Shown: piece by piece, positions 47,201 through 56,901 of the stretch
How positions within the stretch are numbered: the first letter of the stretch is position 1
Layout: every line of letters starts with the position of its first letter
IMG/VR virus record: IMGVR_UViG_3300031823_000002
Location: 57,080-121,079 of that record
From: a virus
Lineage: Duplodnaviria > Caudoviricetes
Strand: one strand, 5' to 3'
Length of the DNA stretch: 64,000 nucleotides
The notes under the pieces: generated by a model
Seen by the model: only the letters and a program-made list of their open reading frames with translations
Told to the model about the DNA's origin: nothing
Database searches by the model: none
Made by a program: the position numbers and the translations under genes

Positions 47201-50200
47201 CTTGGCTCCAGCCTCTACGGGAAAAAGCCGGTTGAAGTTGTCACCAAGGAACTGCTCCAGAACGCATGGGACGCGATCCGGCCTGAAGCTTGGCATCCCG
47301 GCAAACCTCCGAAGGATTTTGTGGGGGAAGTCACCGTCGATTTTGATCAATGGAACCGCAGCATCACGATCAGCGATAACGGCTCCGGCATGACCCGCAA
47401 GGAACTGGAAACTGTTTTCACTAACCTTGGAGCCACGGGGAAGCTCTCTCAGGCGGGGGCATCTGGCGGCTTTGGGATCGCAAAAGCGGCACCGTTCATG
47501 ATGTCGAAGAAGCTGACGGTCACCACGGTCACCAAAGAGGGCGGGAAATTCGTCGAGCACTCGTTCACGTCCACTCCGGACGAGATCGTCGGCAAAGGCG
47601 TGGAGGTCAGCACCAGAGAACTGCCGGAATGGCTGGACGATAAAAAGACCGGCACCGTCATCACGGCGCAGTTCGACGAGGATAACTGGGAGCCATGGGT
47701 GGCGGAGAGGTTTGCCCGTAAGTCGCAGCGTTCGCTTAGCGCACCGGGAACGCTGCGCGTGAACGGCGACGAATACGGCGGCACTTCAGGCGCGAAGCCG
47801 GTTGCAGCGCTGGAGCCGTCTCCCGTGGGCAGCATGACGAGGCCCGGAGCCGATATCGACCTGTTCGCCAGTTCGGAAACGGAAGTGCCTAGCTGGGGTG
47901 CGGTTTCCGTCGAGGTAAATAACAACGGAATCTACCAGTTCGACATGGAGGTATATGCGCCCGTCGAAGGGATGCAGGTGCCCAAGCGTGTCGCGGTGAA
48001 CGTGAAGGCGAATGTTAAGGAGCGCGATCCGGATTATCCGTTTCAGGCGAACCGCGAGGCGTTTCGCGATGAGCAAACAGGCAGGGACTTGAAGGAACTC
48101 ATCACGCAGAAGATTTTTGCACCGCAGGCTTCCAAGCATAGGCAGGAGATTTCCGATGCAATACGCGACCTGCCCACCATCAAAGTCGGTGCGACAGAAA
48201 TTCCGGTCTTCGATTCAGGCAGGCGGCTTACGCCCGACGAGATGCAGCAGTTGCAGTCCGACCCGGCATTCATCGATCTCGCGCACACCATCAATCAGGT
48301 CACGCAGGATGCAATCGCCAAGCTCGCGACCGCTGACCTTCCCAGCAACCTGAAGGGGCTGGGAGGAAAAATTAAAAAGATTGGCATCGTGCTCTCCGAC
48401 AAGCTGCACGGAGTTCACATCACCAATCCTGTGGACGAAAGCGATACCTACCTGTTCGTGAACCCGTTCCAGAGCCTGAAGGATGATGCGGAGCGTGCCG
48501 CCAGCCAAGTCTGGCATACGATTAAACATGAGATCGTCCACGACAAGGTGAAGGGCCATCACGAGACTTTCACCAGTACTGAGGCGGTGGTAGCTGGGGC
48601 GCTGGGAAGTAAGAGCGAACTGGCCGGAATCCAGCAACTGGAGGATGTATATGCCAACCCCGATGACCCCGAAAGAATACGCCCAGACCTTGGTTCAGCG
48701 ATACAACTCTATGAGGACTCACGTAAGCGACCAGAAGTTACAAAAGATATTTTTGGGGGCGAGGGACTCGCTGGCGGCGCTGCCCCCGCAGATGCAGGAC
48801 GAGATGAAAGTCGCCTACGACCTAGCCCAGAGGGAACTCTTCCCGGATATGTCCAGCCTCTGAAGGCGAGAGAGTCGGGGAAGCCCACAGAGGTCAAAAC
48901 CGAAGAGCGCAAGCCTGAGCCGGAATGGCTGAAGCGCAGTGCGCAGCAATACATCTCTCGACGCGGGAGTCCTCACCACGAAGCACCTGCCGGGACTCGC
49001 GACGCCCGCGCTATGGACATCGCCGACGCCTACGAGGCAATGGAGCATAATCCAAACGACCCGGCAGTGAAGGCTTCCTACGACGCCTTCAAAAAGGACA
49101 TCGACAAGCAGTGGGATTTTGCCGTCAAATCCGGCGTTGATTTCGAGCCGTGGACGAAGCCGGGACAGCCCTACGCCGACTCCGCTGCGATGAAGGCCGA
49201 CGTAGACGATAACGCCCACCTGTTCTTCTTCACTGGTGGAGAGATGCCTGCGGACCATCCGCTGGCAGCGGTCGATCCTAAGACCGGGTACACGTACAAC
49301 GACAAGCTGCGTGCGATTCACGACCTGTACGGTCACGCGGTGCATGGCTGGCAGTTCGGTGAGCGTGGCGAAGAGAACGCATGGATCACGCATTCGCAGA
49401 TGTTCTCGCGGCAGGCGATCCCGGCCTTGACCAGCGAAACGAAGGGGCAAAACAACTGGGTCAACTTCGGGCCGCACATGCGCCGCGCAGACGGCACGCT
49501 GATTAAGAAAGGCGAGGAGGGTTGGCTCGACCGTCCTCAGCGGCCCTTCGCGGAGCAGAAAGCAGGACTGCTGCCGAGGCGCTACCACTACCGCATCGAT
49601 GCGCCGCTGTCCTTTATCAGCCCGAACACTCTGAACATCCCCGGCGTCACCGAAGCACAGCGTCAATTTAAGTCAGACATCCACAACCGGTTCATCGATC
49701 AGGCGCACACCTTGGCCGACGACATGGGCATGAATGTTGTCGTCGAATCAGCGCTGGGATCGTGGAAGGGTGGAGCCGAAAACTCCATTGCGATTCGTTA
49801 CCCGTTCGGCGCTGACCCCGATCTGGTGAAGTACTACGAGGCGAACCTTGGGCGCTTGGGTTACCAGTACGCGACGGCGCGATTTACTCCGGATGTAAAC
49901 GGGAAAGATACGCTCCATCAGTTCTGGGTACAGAGTGCAAATGCCGATGCGAGCAAGATAGCGAGCTTACTCTTAGGGAATAGCATCGAAAATAGTACAA
50001 TAATTCCAGCAGAGGACGGTTACATCGTCACGCTGATCGACCCCAACGATGGGCTGCGTGAATCTGTCAGGAACCTAAAGAACGAACTGGGAGTAAAAAG
50101 TGTTGAAAATAACCGAGGTGCTGCGGAATTTCCCGGCAACTACACAGACCGAGACGCCGCAGGAAGAGACTTTCAATCAGCGATTGAAGAGATTGAGCGT

Positions 50201-51640
50201 AGAAGGCCATCCCTCCGGAGACTTCGTAGAGGGTTCGAGTCAAGGCCCGGTTACAATCTTCTCCACCGAGCCATCCGGGAAGCCCAAGAGCTAGTTCCTG
50301 CCGAGCCAGCGCCGGTTTCGGGACCGGGCACGCTGGAAGAAATTAAAAAAGAAACAAAACGGCTGCAAGGCCCACGCGGTTCGACTGTGCCGCTGATGCG
50401 CTCTGTGCTGTTGCCGCGCTACAAGATGATTGAAGATATCGCGGCGCATCTTGAAGACAACACCCGCAAAACTCTGGACCAACTGTATCCCGGTGGAACA
50501 ACCGCCGAGCACAGGGCCATGGTGAATCGGGCAGTGCGGATCGCCAAGGACGAATTAAAATACCAACTCGCTCAGGAGAACAGCGGCGCGGACTGGTACA
50601 AGGACGACATCAGAGGCCCCGCGAACTCCCTGATGTCGGAAATGAAATTACTGCATCCTGAACTCAGCGATCCGGTGAACGAGCGAATGTTTTTACTCCA
50701 CGTCGCGGCCACTTCGCCGGGTAAGACTGCGGCCTTCGATAACGTCAACGTCGCCGAGCAGGCGTACAACCTCTACAAGAAAAGGGGCGAGATACCGCTA
50801 CGGCAGGAAGACGGGACGCCGTGGGGAGCTTACGGACATGCTCCGCTCAAGACCGCTCAGGGCCTGCTGAGGTATTTCGATGGCGACGTAGGCAAGGCAA
50901 TGGAGTGGATGCTCACCAAGCACCCGCTGAAAGAAGTTGAGAATGTGAAGGCGAGGTCTGGCTACAGCAGGGACACTGTGAAAAATGCGCTGCCGCCAGA
51001 TTACGACCCGGATGCGGTGTACGGCGCGTACATTCTCGGCGAGAAGGTCGGCCCCTTCTTCATGAACCTGAACGGCATCTCCACGGAGTTGACCGTGGAT
51101 CGCTGGTTTATGCGGACATGGAACCGGCTGATGGGCACGCTGATCAATAGTGAAGGAAAGCTCCAAGACGTACCACGGGGCAAGAACGAGCGGGCTGCTA
51201 TGGTCGATGCCATCGACAAGCTGGGCAAGGAATTTGGCCTTGAAACCAGTCAGGTGCAAGCCGCACTCTGGTACTACGAGCAGGGACTTTACTCGCGGTT
51301 AGGACAGAGGGGAACCTTCGGAGGAACTTATGCCAGCGCAGCGAAAGATGTCTTCAACCTTCGATCTGAAGGTTTTACAAGCCAAGGCGAGAGAGATGCT
51401 GCGCAACGGGACGATGCCCTCCGAGGGAGCGCTGGAGGCGGCGCTGGCCCGCCTGCGGAAGGAGTACGGCCCGAAGATACTGAAGGCGAGGGAGTTGGAT
51501 CAACGGGAGAACTCTTCGGAGACACCTCCTTCGACTTCGGAGAGCCAAAAGTGATCCCGATTCAGGAAGCAAAGAGGATAGCTGAGCGGCAAAAGCCACG
51601 TGAGAAGCTTGCTGCCAGTCGAAAAGACAGGAGTCAGTGA
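44264..51640 (+). CDS. large polyvalent ejection-type protein (GHKL ATPase and further enzymatic domains)
   Basis: KELLQNAWDA, ISDNGSGM, GGFGIA (Bergerat fold); HEIVH; RAIHDLYGH; C-terminal KVGPF...TVDRW...VQAALW. Confidence 0.85.
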   Translation: MAPVTAFDNMDDEPRGPGTADPLGISPLSLVKRAPAKADDPLGIYPLRVLKQEAALRKPKPIALSAKKIVLPQGYTLDTPATQGKTFTAKAATPTPAAAATTASTPPPASSPLEWLSQAGTSVLHGVGLPTPSEAARKLGEHPVKEGLSYIPLIGGPQRIVEGAKALWSEAQRVKGEEDEATKALNTPGIPAPQRAAAFASHELSALPFVGRLKDEALDAAIKAGAEPVTPTEDITDPKKYLRNLKIVATSPVVLGTTAAAAAQAGLAAVDGYRALSDAYAHKASSMQPEILDPQQRALPASAEPPTIEGRVAPPAVPPSGAPRAALPAPTEGLSPAEQQVEQGILDRIKEHPETEAQVRSDLQEVPPENRQAVLDAINREGVEAYQRGDKKAAERAVQHAWILKGIMQAEARAARAARATAAAVTPAAEAAPVTPATPIVSSDPRLARRTTEPATEEPQGTLFATPETGVTPEVSPAPTRRRAPVATAEAEPAQGALFDTSEAESAITPAPVTTETAPAEEPEATTTPAPETAAEPKSGYVREVAKKVRGAKAATAAVARPSAEVEPDEKEKTIGITAPVGYVGPQGERAWVAEYGKGKEFKTKAEAKQAVAKWEAGLMPIEEFHAQSTAEPPATPTAVAPVMEPEASAAEQPATPSPNLRRQRWLYEDANRKLEELRKQNPNTPSAYRAQAGAVKKAFNRLAKQYTNEFPQDTERQGLADWLRKKPEDSIVPPVPEEAVAAEPETPAPTPPTPAPTAKPITVNRLSGMVWEVPGTDYTIHYLGDDKFDVRKGGEHIGTAPSVGDAKAQIQAHQASAWEAPTPGELGATARTNKARREALTAAPPTGPNTAVVKGALTNAGLYDPATARVVNRAVQQNLIPSPEKLDEVLRIAKTIKGLNPKTTNTAAAIEASKYGSMAALGDLAAASETDHPAGVVARAREVKTATLDTPADSYVSMARVTGGKVKIGADPKALAEVLGSSLYGKKPVEVVTKELLQNAWDAIRPEAWHPGKPPKDFVGEVTVDFDQWNRSITISDNGSGMTRKELETVFTNLGATGKLSQAGASGGFGIAKAAPFMMSKKLTVTTVTKEGGKFVEHSFTSTPDEIVGKGVEVSTRELPEWLDDKKTGTVITAQFDEDNWEPWVAERFARKSQRSLSAPGTLRVNGDEYGGTSGAKPVAALEPSPVGSMTRPGADIDLFASSETEVPSWGAVSVEVNNNGIYQFDMEVYAPVEGMQVPKRVAVNVKANVKERDPDYPFQANREAFRDEQTGRDLKELITQKIFAPQASKHRQEISDAIRDLPTIKVGATEIPVFDSGRRLTPDEMQQLQSDPAFIDLAHTINQVTQDAIAKLATADLPSNLKGLGGKIKKIGIVLSDKLHGVHITNPVDESDTYLFVNPFQSLKDDAERAASQVWHTIKHEIVHDKVKGHHETFTSTEAVVAGALGSKSELAGIQQLEDVYANPDDPERIRPDLGSAIQLYEDSRKRPEVTKDIFGGEGLAGGAAPADAGRDESRLRPSPEGTLPGYVQPLKARESGKPTEVKTEERKPEPEWLKRSAQQYISRRGSPHHEAPAGTRDARAMDIADAYEAMEHNPNDPAVKASYDAFKKDIDKQWDFAVKSGVDFEPWTKPGQPYADSAAMKADVDDNAHLFFFTGGEMPADHPLAAVDPKTGYTYNDKLRAIHDLYGHAVHGWQFGERGEENAWITHSQMFSRQAIPALTSETKGQNNWVNFGPHMRRADGTLIKKGEEGWLDRPQRPFAEQKAGLLPRRYHYRIDAPLSFISPNTLNIPGVTEAQRQFKSDIHNRFIDQAHTLADDMGMNVVVESALGSWKGGAENSIAIRYPFGADPDLVKYYEANLGRLGYQYATARFTPDVNGKDTLHQFWVQSANADASKIASLLLGNSIENSTIIPAEDGYIVTLIDPNDGLRESVRNLKNELGVKSVENNRGAAEFPGNYTDRDAAGRDFQSAIEEIERRRPSLRRLRRGFESRPGYNLLHRAIREAQELVPAEPAPVSGPGTLEEIKKETKRLQGPRGSTVPLMRSVLLPRYKMIEDIAAHLEDNTRKTLDQLYPGGTTAEHRAMVNRAVRIAKDELKYQLAQENSGADWYKDDIRGPANSLMSEMKLLHPELSDPVNERMFLLHVAATSPGKTAAFDNVNVAEQAYNLYKKRGEIPLRQEDGTPWGAYGHAPLKTAQGLLRYFDGDVGKAMEWMLTKHPLKEVENVKARSGYSRDTVKNALPPDYDPDAVYGAYILGEKVGPFFMNLNGISTELTVDRWFMRTWNRLMGTLINSEGKLQDVPRGKNERAAMVDAIDKLGKEFGLETSQVQAALWYYEQGLYSRLGQRGTFGGTYASAAKDVFNLRSEGFTSQGERDAAQRDDALRGSAGGGAGPPAEGVRPEDTEGEGVGSTGELFGDTSFDFGEPKVIPIQEAKRIAERQKPREKLAASRKDRSQ

Positions 51641-51797
51641 ACCCAGCGCGACGTGCCCGCCCCACGTCAACAGGGAAGGCCAGCAGTCCAACCCGGAAGC
51701 AGTGGAGCGAGAGCGCCTGCGCCTTTCCTATTATTGCTTAGGTGCGGTTTTAAGCATCCAATGTTTCTGCCGGGAGGGGTTGAGATCGAGGTGTCGC

Positions 51798-51986
51798 ATG
51801 ATCTCAATTCTCATCACGATTATTATCGTCGCGCTTGTACTGGGACTGCTGTTCTGGGCGTTGTCGTTTCTGCCGATCCCGCAGCCGTTTCTCAATATCA
51901 TCAAGTTTGCGATTGTGCTGGTGTTCGTTATCTGGCTGCTGTACACGCTGCTGCCGCTGGCTGGGGCGCATCCGATGCTGCGCTAA
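51798..51986 (+). CDS. small two-TM membrane protein
   Basis: GAGG SD; MISILITIIIVALVLGLLFWALSFLPIPQPF... Confidence 0.7.
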   Translation: MISILITIIIVALVLGLLFWALSFLPIPQPFLNIIKFAIVLVFVIWLLYTLLPLAGAHPMLR

Positions 51987-51995
51987 AATTATGTC

Positions 51996-52904
51996 GTGAA
52001 CTCCCCGGAACTGTTAACCGGCTTTGAGCGCTGCGGACGCATCCCGTACTGGGGTAAGAGTTGGAAGTTCCGCAAATTGAAGCCGGTGGAAATACTGGAG
52101 GCCGGGGTCCATGCCGGACTCACGGAACTCACCAGAAGTGATTATGGTGAGTTAGCCGGGGAAGAGGTCTACGGCTTTGGCTCCGATCCCGGCATCGATT
52201 CCAAGCAATACGACCAGCACACCGAGGTCGTACATCTGGCCTGCATCGCCGATATCGTCACGTCCGCGATCCGCCGACCCGCTGGCGATCCATGGGTGCC
52301 AGCGCCGCCAGTCGATCACTGGAAGTCAGGCTGCTACCTTTCGCCTCAGCGAAATTACCTGCGCCGGATCGTCTTCGTCACAAGCTGGAGCGACGACAAG
52401 CATTACAGCCTCTGCCGCTCGTGGGAGAGCCTCGCTGAAACCTGTTTTCACAACCTGCCTATGCAGTTGGTGGTTGTGCATCTGGGCAAGCACCTAAACG
52501 GGAAGTATCACTCCTACTGGTCGCACGGCCTGCGCCACCCGGCCAACAAAGTACTGCGCTTCCGCAAGCGGAATAACACCGCTGAGCCGTTCAAGGAATC
52601 GTGGATCGAGGTCTGGCGCGAGGACTACGACGATATCTCCACACACGACTGGCTACAGGGAATGCTGGCAGACGGCGTGCTTCAGGATTGCTTAAAGAGG
52701 TACGACATCCCGGTGCCGAAAGAGGAAGCGCGGGAGCGCATCAAAGCGCTGGCGCTGAAGAAGCTGGAAATGATCCGCAATACGACCGAATTGCCGGATC
52801 AGCAGATGAGTACCTGCGATTGGCCCGCGCCTTGTGTTTTCCGCACGCCCTGTCACGCCCAGCAGGAGCCGGGTCCGGCGTATGGGTTCATCCGGATCAG
52901 CTAG
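51996..52904 (+). CDS. Cas4/AddB-like PD-(D/E)XK-fold protein (putative, catalytic motif unclear)
   Basis: N-terminal L..FERC.R..YW plus C-terminal CDWPAPCVFRTPC gives a 1+3 Cys Fe-S staple arrangement. Confidence 0.5.
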   Translation: MNSPELLTGFERCGRIPYWGKSWKFRKLKPVEILEAGVHAGLTELTRSDYGELAGEEVYGFGSDPGIDSKQYDQHTEVVHLACIADIVTSAIRRPAGDPWVPAPPVDHWKSGCYLSPQRNYLRRIVFVTSWSDDKHYSLCRSWESLAETCFHNLPMQLVVVHLGKHLNGKYHSYWSHGLRHPANKVLRFRKRNNTAEPFKESWIEVWREDYDDISTHDWLQGMLADGVLQDCLKRYDIPVPKEEARERIKALALKKLEMIRNTTELPDQQMSTCDWPAPCVFRTPCHAQQEPGPAYGFIRIS

Positions 52905-53533
52905 TGCCACGCACCGCCCGCGACCGTACTCTCATTCAGGAACTTGTTCTCGTCTTCCTCAGCGCCCCCATCGCCTTCTACCGGAAGCTCGACCCCGATA
53001 GCGCCACCCCCTCCGCGAGAACTCAAGGTATTGGCCGGGTGAAGCTCCTGCGGGACAGGCATTCGCGGCACCTGTGGCGGTGGCGGCTGCGCCGGGATGT
53101 CATACCGGGGCGGATTGGCGTACGACAGCGGCTGATCGCCCACGATCTGTTCCAGCGTCGGCGCGGAAACGACTCCGTACGAGGGTGCGCCGGGGAACTC
53201 CATCATTCCCATTGGATTCTTGAGGGCTAGGATGATGCGCTGAAGCGACGGAATCTCCGCGCTCACGACCGCGTACTTGGCAGCAGCTTCGGCGCGTTCA
53301 AGGATGGCCTTTGCCAGCCGCTTCTCTGCCGTTTTAAGGGCCGAGGAGAACTCCCGTGGGCCTGAGACCCCTTTCCTGCTCCGCGAGGGCTTAGAAGCGG
53401 CCTTGGCGGCTTTTGCCTTGGCCTTGCGCTCCCTCTCCCAGCGCTCTTTAGCCGCAGCGCTCAAAATCTTGGACCGCTCTTCCTTGGTCAGCTTCGAAGG
53501 TGCCTGTTTTTCGGGGGTCTGTTCGTCCGCCAT
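52901..53533 (-). CDS. hypothetical basic/coiled-coil protein
   Basis: AGGAG SD; LTKEERSKILSAAAKERW motif. Confidence 0.7.
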   Translation of the reverse strand: MADEQTPEKQAPSKLTKEERSKILSAAAKERWERERKAKAKAAKAASKPSRSRKGVSGPREFSSALKTAEKRLAKAILERAEAAAKYAVVSAEIPSLQRIILALKNPMGMMEFPGAPSYGVVSAPTLEQIVGDQPLSYANPPRYDIPAQPPPPQVPRMPVPQELHPANTLSSRGGGGAIGVELPVEGDGGAEEDENKFLNESTVAGGAWH

Positions 53534-53602
53534 GGCTGAATTCTCCTGTGAGTGGGACTTATGGCGCAGTTAGACGGAATTTAATTCCCACTTACTCACA
53601 AG

Positions 53603-54340
53603 TCAAGGGGTTTTAGCCAGCTTCCACTCTTTGGGTAGCACGCCGAAGGGGTGAGTAAATTGTTCTTCTCCGACTACACCGCCCCACTTGGCGCGGTAAT
53701 ACTCACGATACAGCGGGAAAGTAACACTGTTCAGGTGGCGCAGATAGGCATCACTGTTGATCGTCTGGCTCCCATGCCCCTCCGGGCCGTGTTTTACCAC
53801 GATTCCCGAACTGATACGCTCCCAGCCAGCGAGGTCCATGCGCCGAAAATAGTCATTGTCGGAAAAGTAGGCGGCAAAGGTGGTGTCGTAACCGCCTATC
53901 GCCCCATAGACTTTTGGGTTATAGACGCATAGTACGTCGTGCAGGGTGTAGATAACTCCCCATTTAGGATGAGGAAGAGGAGGAAGAGGATTATTGATAG
54001 CGCGAGCATACTCCAGCAGCTTCTCGCATGCACCTTCCGGGATAACTGCATCGTTATGCATGTGTATGCAATAAGACTTGCCCCGGCGCAGCGTCTCTTC
54101 GAGTTCCCAGTTCATGCTCTGGGTGAATGACAGCGGAACAGGCGGACGAAAGACTTTGACCGGGGGCAACCATCTCGCATATGCGCCGTTCTCGGTCGGA
54201 ACCATGATGTTTGCGACCATGCCGTCCGGGGAATTGTCGATGATGGTCAGATCGTCGTGCAGGCAGGTGACCGAATTTACCGCGTTTATCAGCAGGTCAG
54301 GCCGGTTTACGACAGGAATAAAGGCCGCAAAGTCAGACAT
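53603..54340 (-). CDS. glycosyltransferase family 2
   Basis: IPVVNR..LL, IIDNSPD, MHNDA, IGGYD..F..YFSDND. Confidence 0.85.
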   Translation of the reverse strand: MSDFAAFIPVVNRPDLLINAVNSVTCLHDDLTIIDNSPDGMVANIMVPTENGAYARWLPPVKVFRPPVPLSFTQSMNWELEETLRRGKSYCIHMHNDAVIPEGACEKLLEYARAINNPLPPLPHPKWGVIYTLHDVLCVYNPKVYGAIGGYDTTFAAYFSDNDYFRRMDLAGWERISSGIVVKHGPEGHGSQTINSDAYLRHLNSVTFPLYREYYRAKWGGVVGEEQFTHPFGVLPKEWKLAKTP

Positions 54341-54388
54341 GGTGAGATTCTAAAATTTAATTTCAGTCGCTACCAGAGTCTTTCCGAA

Positions 54389-54904
54389 TCATGGCGCGAT
54401 CCAGATGGTGTCCACTACTTCGACGCCGGGAATCAATTCATCGACGATGCGCTTCACATCCGGCCAGCCCGCGAAGCCGTAATCGTGGCCGCAGAAGGTT
54501 CCGCCTTCGGCCAGCAGCGGTTGCCATGCCATGATGTCCTGCCGCACGTTGTATTCATCATGGGCAGCGTCGATAAAAATCAGGTCGAAACGCCGACTGA
54601 GCTTGACCGCCTTGCGAGCGGCCCAGATCGAAGCGTGGTTCATGGGGCGCACGTTGGTTAGATGGGCGGTGTTGGCGCAAAACACGTCGTAGTACCAGCC
54701 ATCCGTACCGCATTCGGACCAGATATCGACGGAGTAGACTCGCGCCTCCGTGTTCTCGGCCAGAGCGCATGTACTGCGCCCTTTGTAGCTTCCGATCTCC
54801 ACGATGCTGCCGCCCTTGGGAACCTTCGCTGCCGCTTGCGCCAGCCAGAGCAACTCGGTTTCGCTCATCCAACCCGGAATCGTCAACGCCTTCTCGATGT
54901 TCAT
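54389..54904 (-). CDS. class I SAM-dependent methyltransferase
   Basis: IVEIGSYKGRST, YSVD, FDLIFIDAAH.E..V..D, GG.FCGHDY. Confidence 0.9.
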   Translation of the reverse strand: MNIEKALTIPGWMSETELLWLAQAAAKVPKGGSIVEIGSYKGRSTCALAENTEARVYSVDIWSECGTDGWYYDVFCANTAHLTNVRPMNHASIWAARKAVKLSRRFDLIFIDAAHDEYNVRQDIMAWQPLLAEGGTFCGHDYGFAGWPDVKRIVDELIPGVEVVDTIWIAP

Positions 54905-55470
54905 ACGCCCATCCCACTCGTCGGTACGTTAATAATAGGGGCAATCTCCGGGAAAGCGATATAGGAATAACGCTCTTTGAGGGCATCACAAAAGATGCCG
55001 TCCAGCGTGTACTCATCCCGGTTGGGCCACTCCGCGATCTCCCGCTTGATGACCATGTTGGCGGTATCGACATGGCAGCAGCGCGGGTCTTCGGAGAAGA
55101 AAATCCGGCCATGGCGCAGGATGGGGAAGACGGCCCAGTCAGGACGCGCCTGATCGAGAGCGCGGTAGATATCGGTGAGCGCGTCGGAGCGCTGGAAGAA
55201 GTTGTCGTCGTCCAGATAGATGCAGTAGTCGCCGGTCGCCAGCCGCCAGCCGATCCCACGGGGCGTGTTCCCGAAATTGCCGTAACGCTTGCCCAGACAG
55301 ACGATCTGGCGGTCGGGGTGCCGGATGGAATTCAGGAGATCGGAATTAAGGGGACCGCCGTCCACGACGACGATGTGTTGCCACAGGTCCAGTTGGGTTT
55401 CGATGGACTGGCAGCAACGAAAGAGACTGTCACGCTGAAGCGTGGCGGTGATAATGCTGAACATCGGCAT
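54901..55470 (-). CDS. glycosyltransferase family 2
   Basis: FSIITAT, IVVVDGG, ATGDYCIYLDDDN. Confidence 0.88.
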   Translation of the reverse strand: MPMFSIITATLQRDSLFRCCQSIETQLDLWQHIVVVDGGPLNSDLLNSIRHPDRQIVCLGKRYGNFGNTPRGIGWRLATGDYCIYLDDDNFFQRSDALTDIYRALDQARPDWAVFPILRHGRIFFSEDPRCCHVDTANMVIKREIAEWPNRDEYTLDGIFCDALKERYSYIAFPEIAPIINVPTSGMGV

Positions 55471-55485
55471 AACAGCCTCATTGTC

Positions 55486-55788
55486 TCATTCCTTTTTGAG
55501 ATCGCCGCTTGGTTCAGCGGCTTGCTCTATGAACGTCATCATGGCCTCTGCCGCCTCCGTCCGACTGGCATTGGACGTGACATAAAACGTATCCGCGCCG
55601 CGATCAGGAAAGATCAGCAAGACGAAGCCGTAAGTGGGGAATGCTTCGGTGAGGGTGGCGGTTAGTTTTCCGCCAACCTCCTTCAGCGCGGCTGCTAGCT
55701 CAGGATCAGGACTATCACCTATGCGCATGCGAAGCTTACCTTCTCCCGAGATCGCCTTCGTGAACTTCGAAGTCTTGGGGCGTGTCAC
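55486..55788 (-). CDS. hypothetical protein
   Basis: GFVLLIF...YVTSNA.R pattern; packed operon. Confidence 0.6.
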   Translation of the reverse strand: MTRPKTSKFTKAISGEGKLRMRIGDSPDPELAAALKEVGGKLTATLTEAFPTYGFVLLIFPDRGADTFYVTSNASRTEAAEAMMTFIEQAAEPSGDLKKE

Positions 55789-55913
55789 CTTTCTTGATAT
55801 GCATCGCTAGGTGTAACGCCTGCCAGCGCCGCCGCAAGTCGGTGCGGTGCATTTCCTTCGGTGGCACAGCTTCGCAAAACATGCAAAAGGTTGGAACCCC
55901 GAAGCCGCGTCCG

Positions 55914-56813
55914 CTACGACGAATAATGCTGGCCAAGAGCGAGAATGACCCTGCGGGCAAACTGGCGTGGAGCGACATCATGCTCGTCCGCAGCATGGCT
56001 GAGGAAACCTTTGATGTTTCCGACTGCATCAGCGACTGCAATCGTTTCGGCAAACGAGGCATCATGGGAATTACCGTGCCGCTCGGTTGCGTGGACTGTG
56101 TGGGCTGCTGTTCTTTGCGTGCTGCCATTGGCGTGTATTAGCTCCTCAGTGGTGGCTGGAAGGATTTGAAGTCCGCGTGGATCGACCTGATGTTTGCGCT
56201 TAAGGTGAGCCGCCAAGAATTTCAATGCCTTAAAAGTGTTGGGGCATTGCGGACACTGAACCCTGCCGTTCGAATTCACGGCTACCTTCGGATTCACGAT
56301 GACCCCATTGGTTCGTTGTTCGATCCGTTGTTCTTGGCGACGCTCCAGCGCAACTTGAGTCTTGAGGTGATTGCGCCCAAGAACGCCATGCTTGAAACGG
56401 CGGTGCTTCCCAAGTTCGGTTGCCGTAGGAAAGTCAATCTTTCGGTGTAGGCTTTGCATGCATTCCGGACAACGAAAGATACCTTGCTGAGCAAGAGCCG
56501 CGTAGTGTCTGGCAGCTTTATCGGAAGAGACGTTTACGGTTGCCTTGTCAATCGCCGTGTTGAGCTTTTTCTTTTTTGCATAACTGGCTTTGATCGCTAC
56601 CTTGGCTTTCTTCCGTGCTTCGGGCGAATGCCAGCCGCTATCGGAGCGCCTCTTTAGCTGCGACGCTTTAATGTTTTCCTTACGTTTCTCAATAGCCTCT
56701 GGGGGCAGCGGCTCTCCGTTTCGCAAGAGATTGTGAGCCATCGCCATGTGGGACGATAAGCCAGAGTTACTCTTGAACTCTTTCTCGCATTCAGGAACTG
56801 GACATTTTGTCAT
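55914..56813 (-). CDS. protein with three C2H2 zinc fingers
   Basis: CPVPECEKEFKSNSGLSSHMAMAH; CPEC...FPTATELGKHRRFKH; CPQCPNTFKALKFLAAHLKRKH; AAGGAG SD. Confidence 0.85.
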   Translation of the reverse strand: MTKCPVPECEKEFKSNSGLSSHMAMAHNLLRNGEPLPPEAIEKRKENIKASQLKRRSDSGWHSPEARKKAKVAIKASYAKKKKLNTAIDKATVNVSSDKAARHYAALAQQGIFRCPECMQSLHRKIDFPTATELGKHRRFKHGVLGRNHLKTQVALERRQEQRIEQRTNGVIVNPKVAVNSNGRVQCPQCPNTFKALKFLAAHLKRKHQVDPRGLQILPATTEELIHANGSTQRTAAHTVHATERHGNSHDASFAETIAVADAVGNIKGFLSHAADEHDVAPRQFARRVILALGQHYSS

Positions 56814-56901
56814 TAACTCTCCTTTACTTCAATTCAGTCTGTTTACTTGTTTTTGTTCTAAATTAAATTCAAATTTTCTCAGTTTGAAGGGGAACAAGGT
56901 G

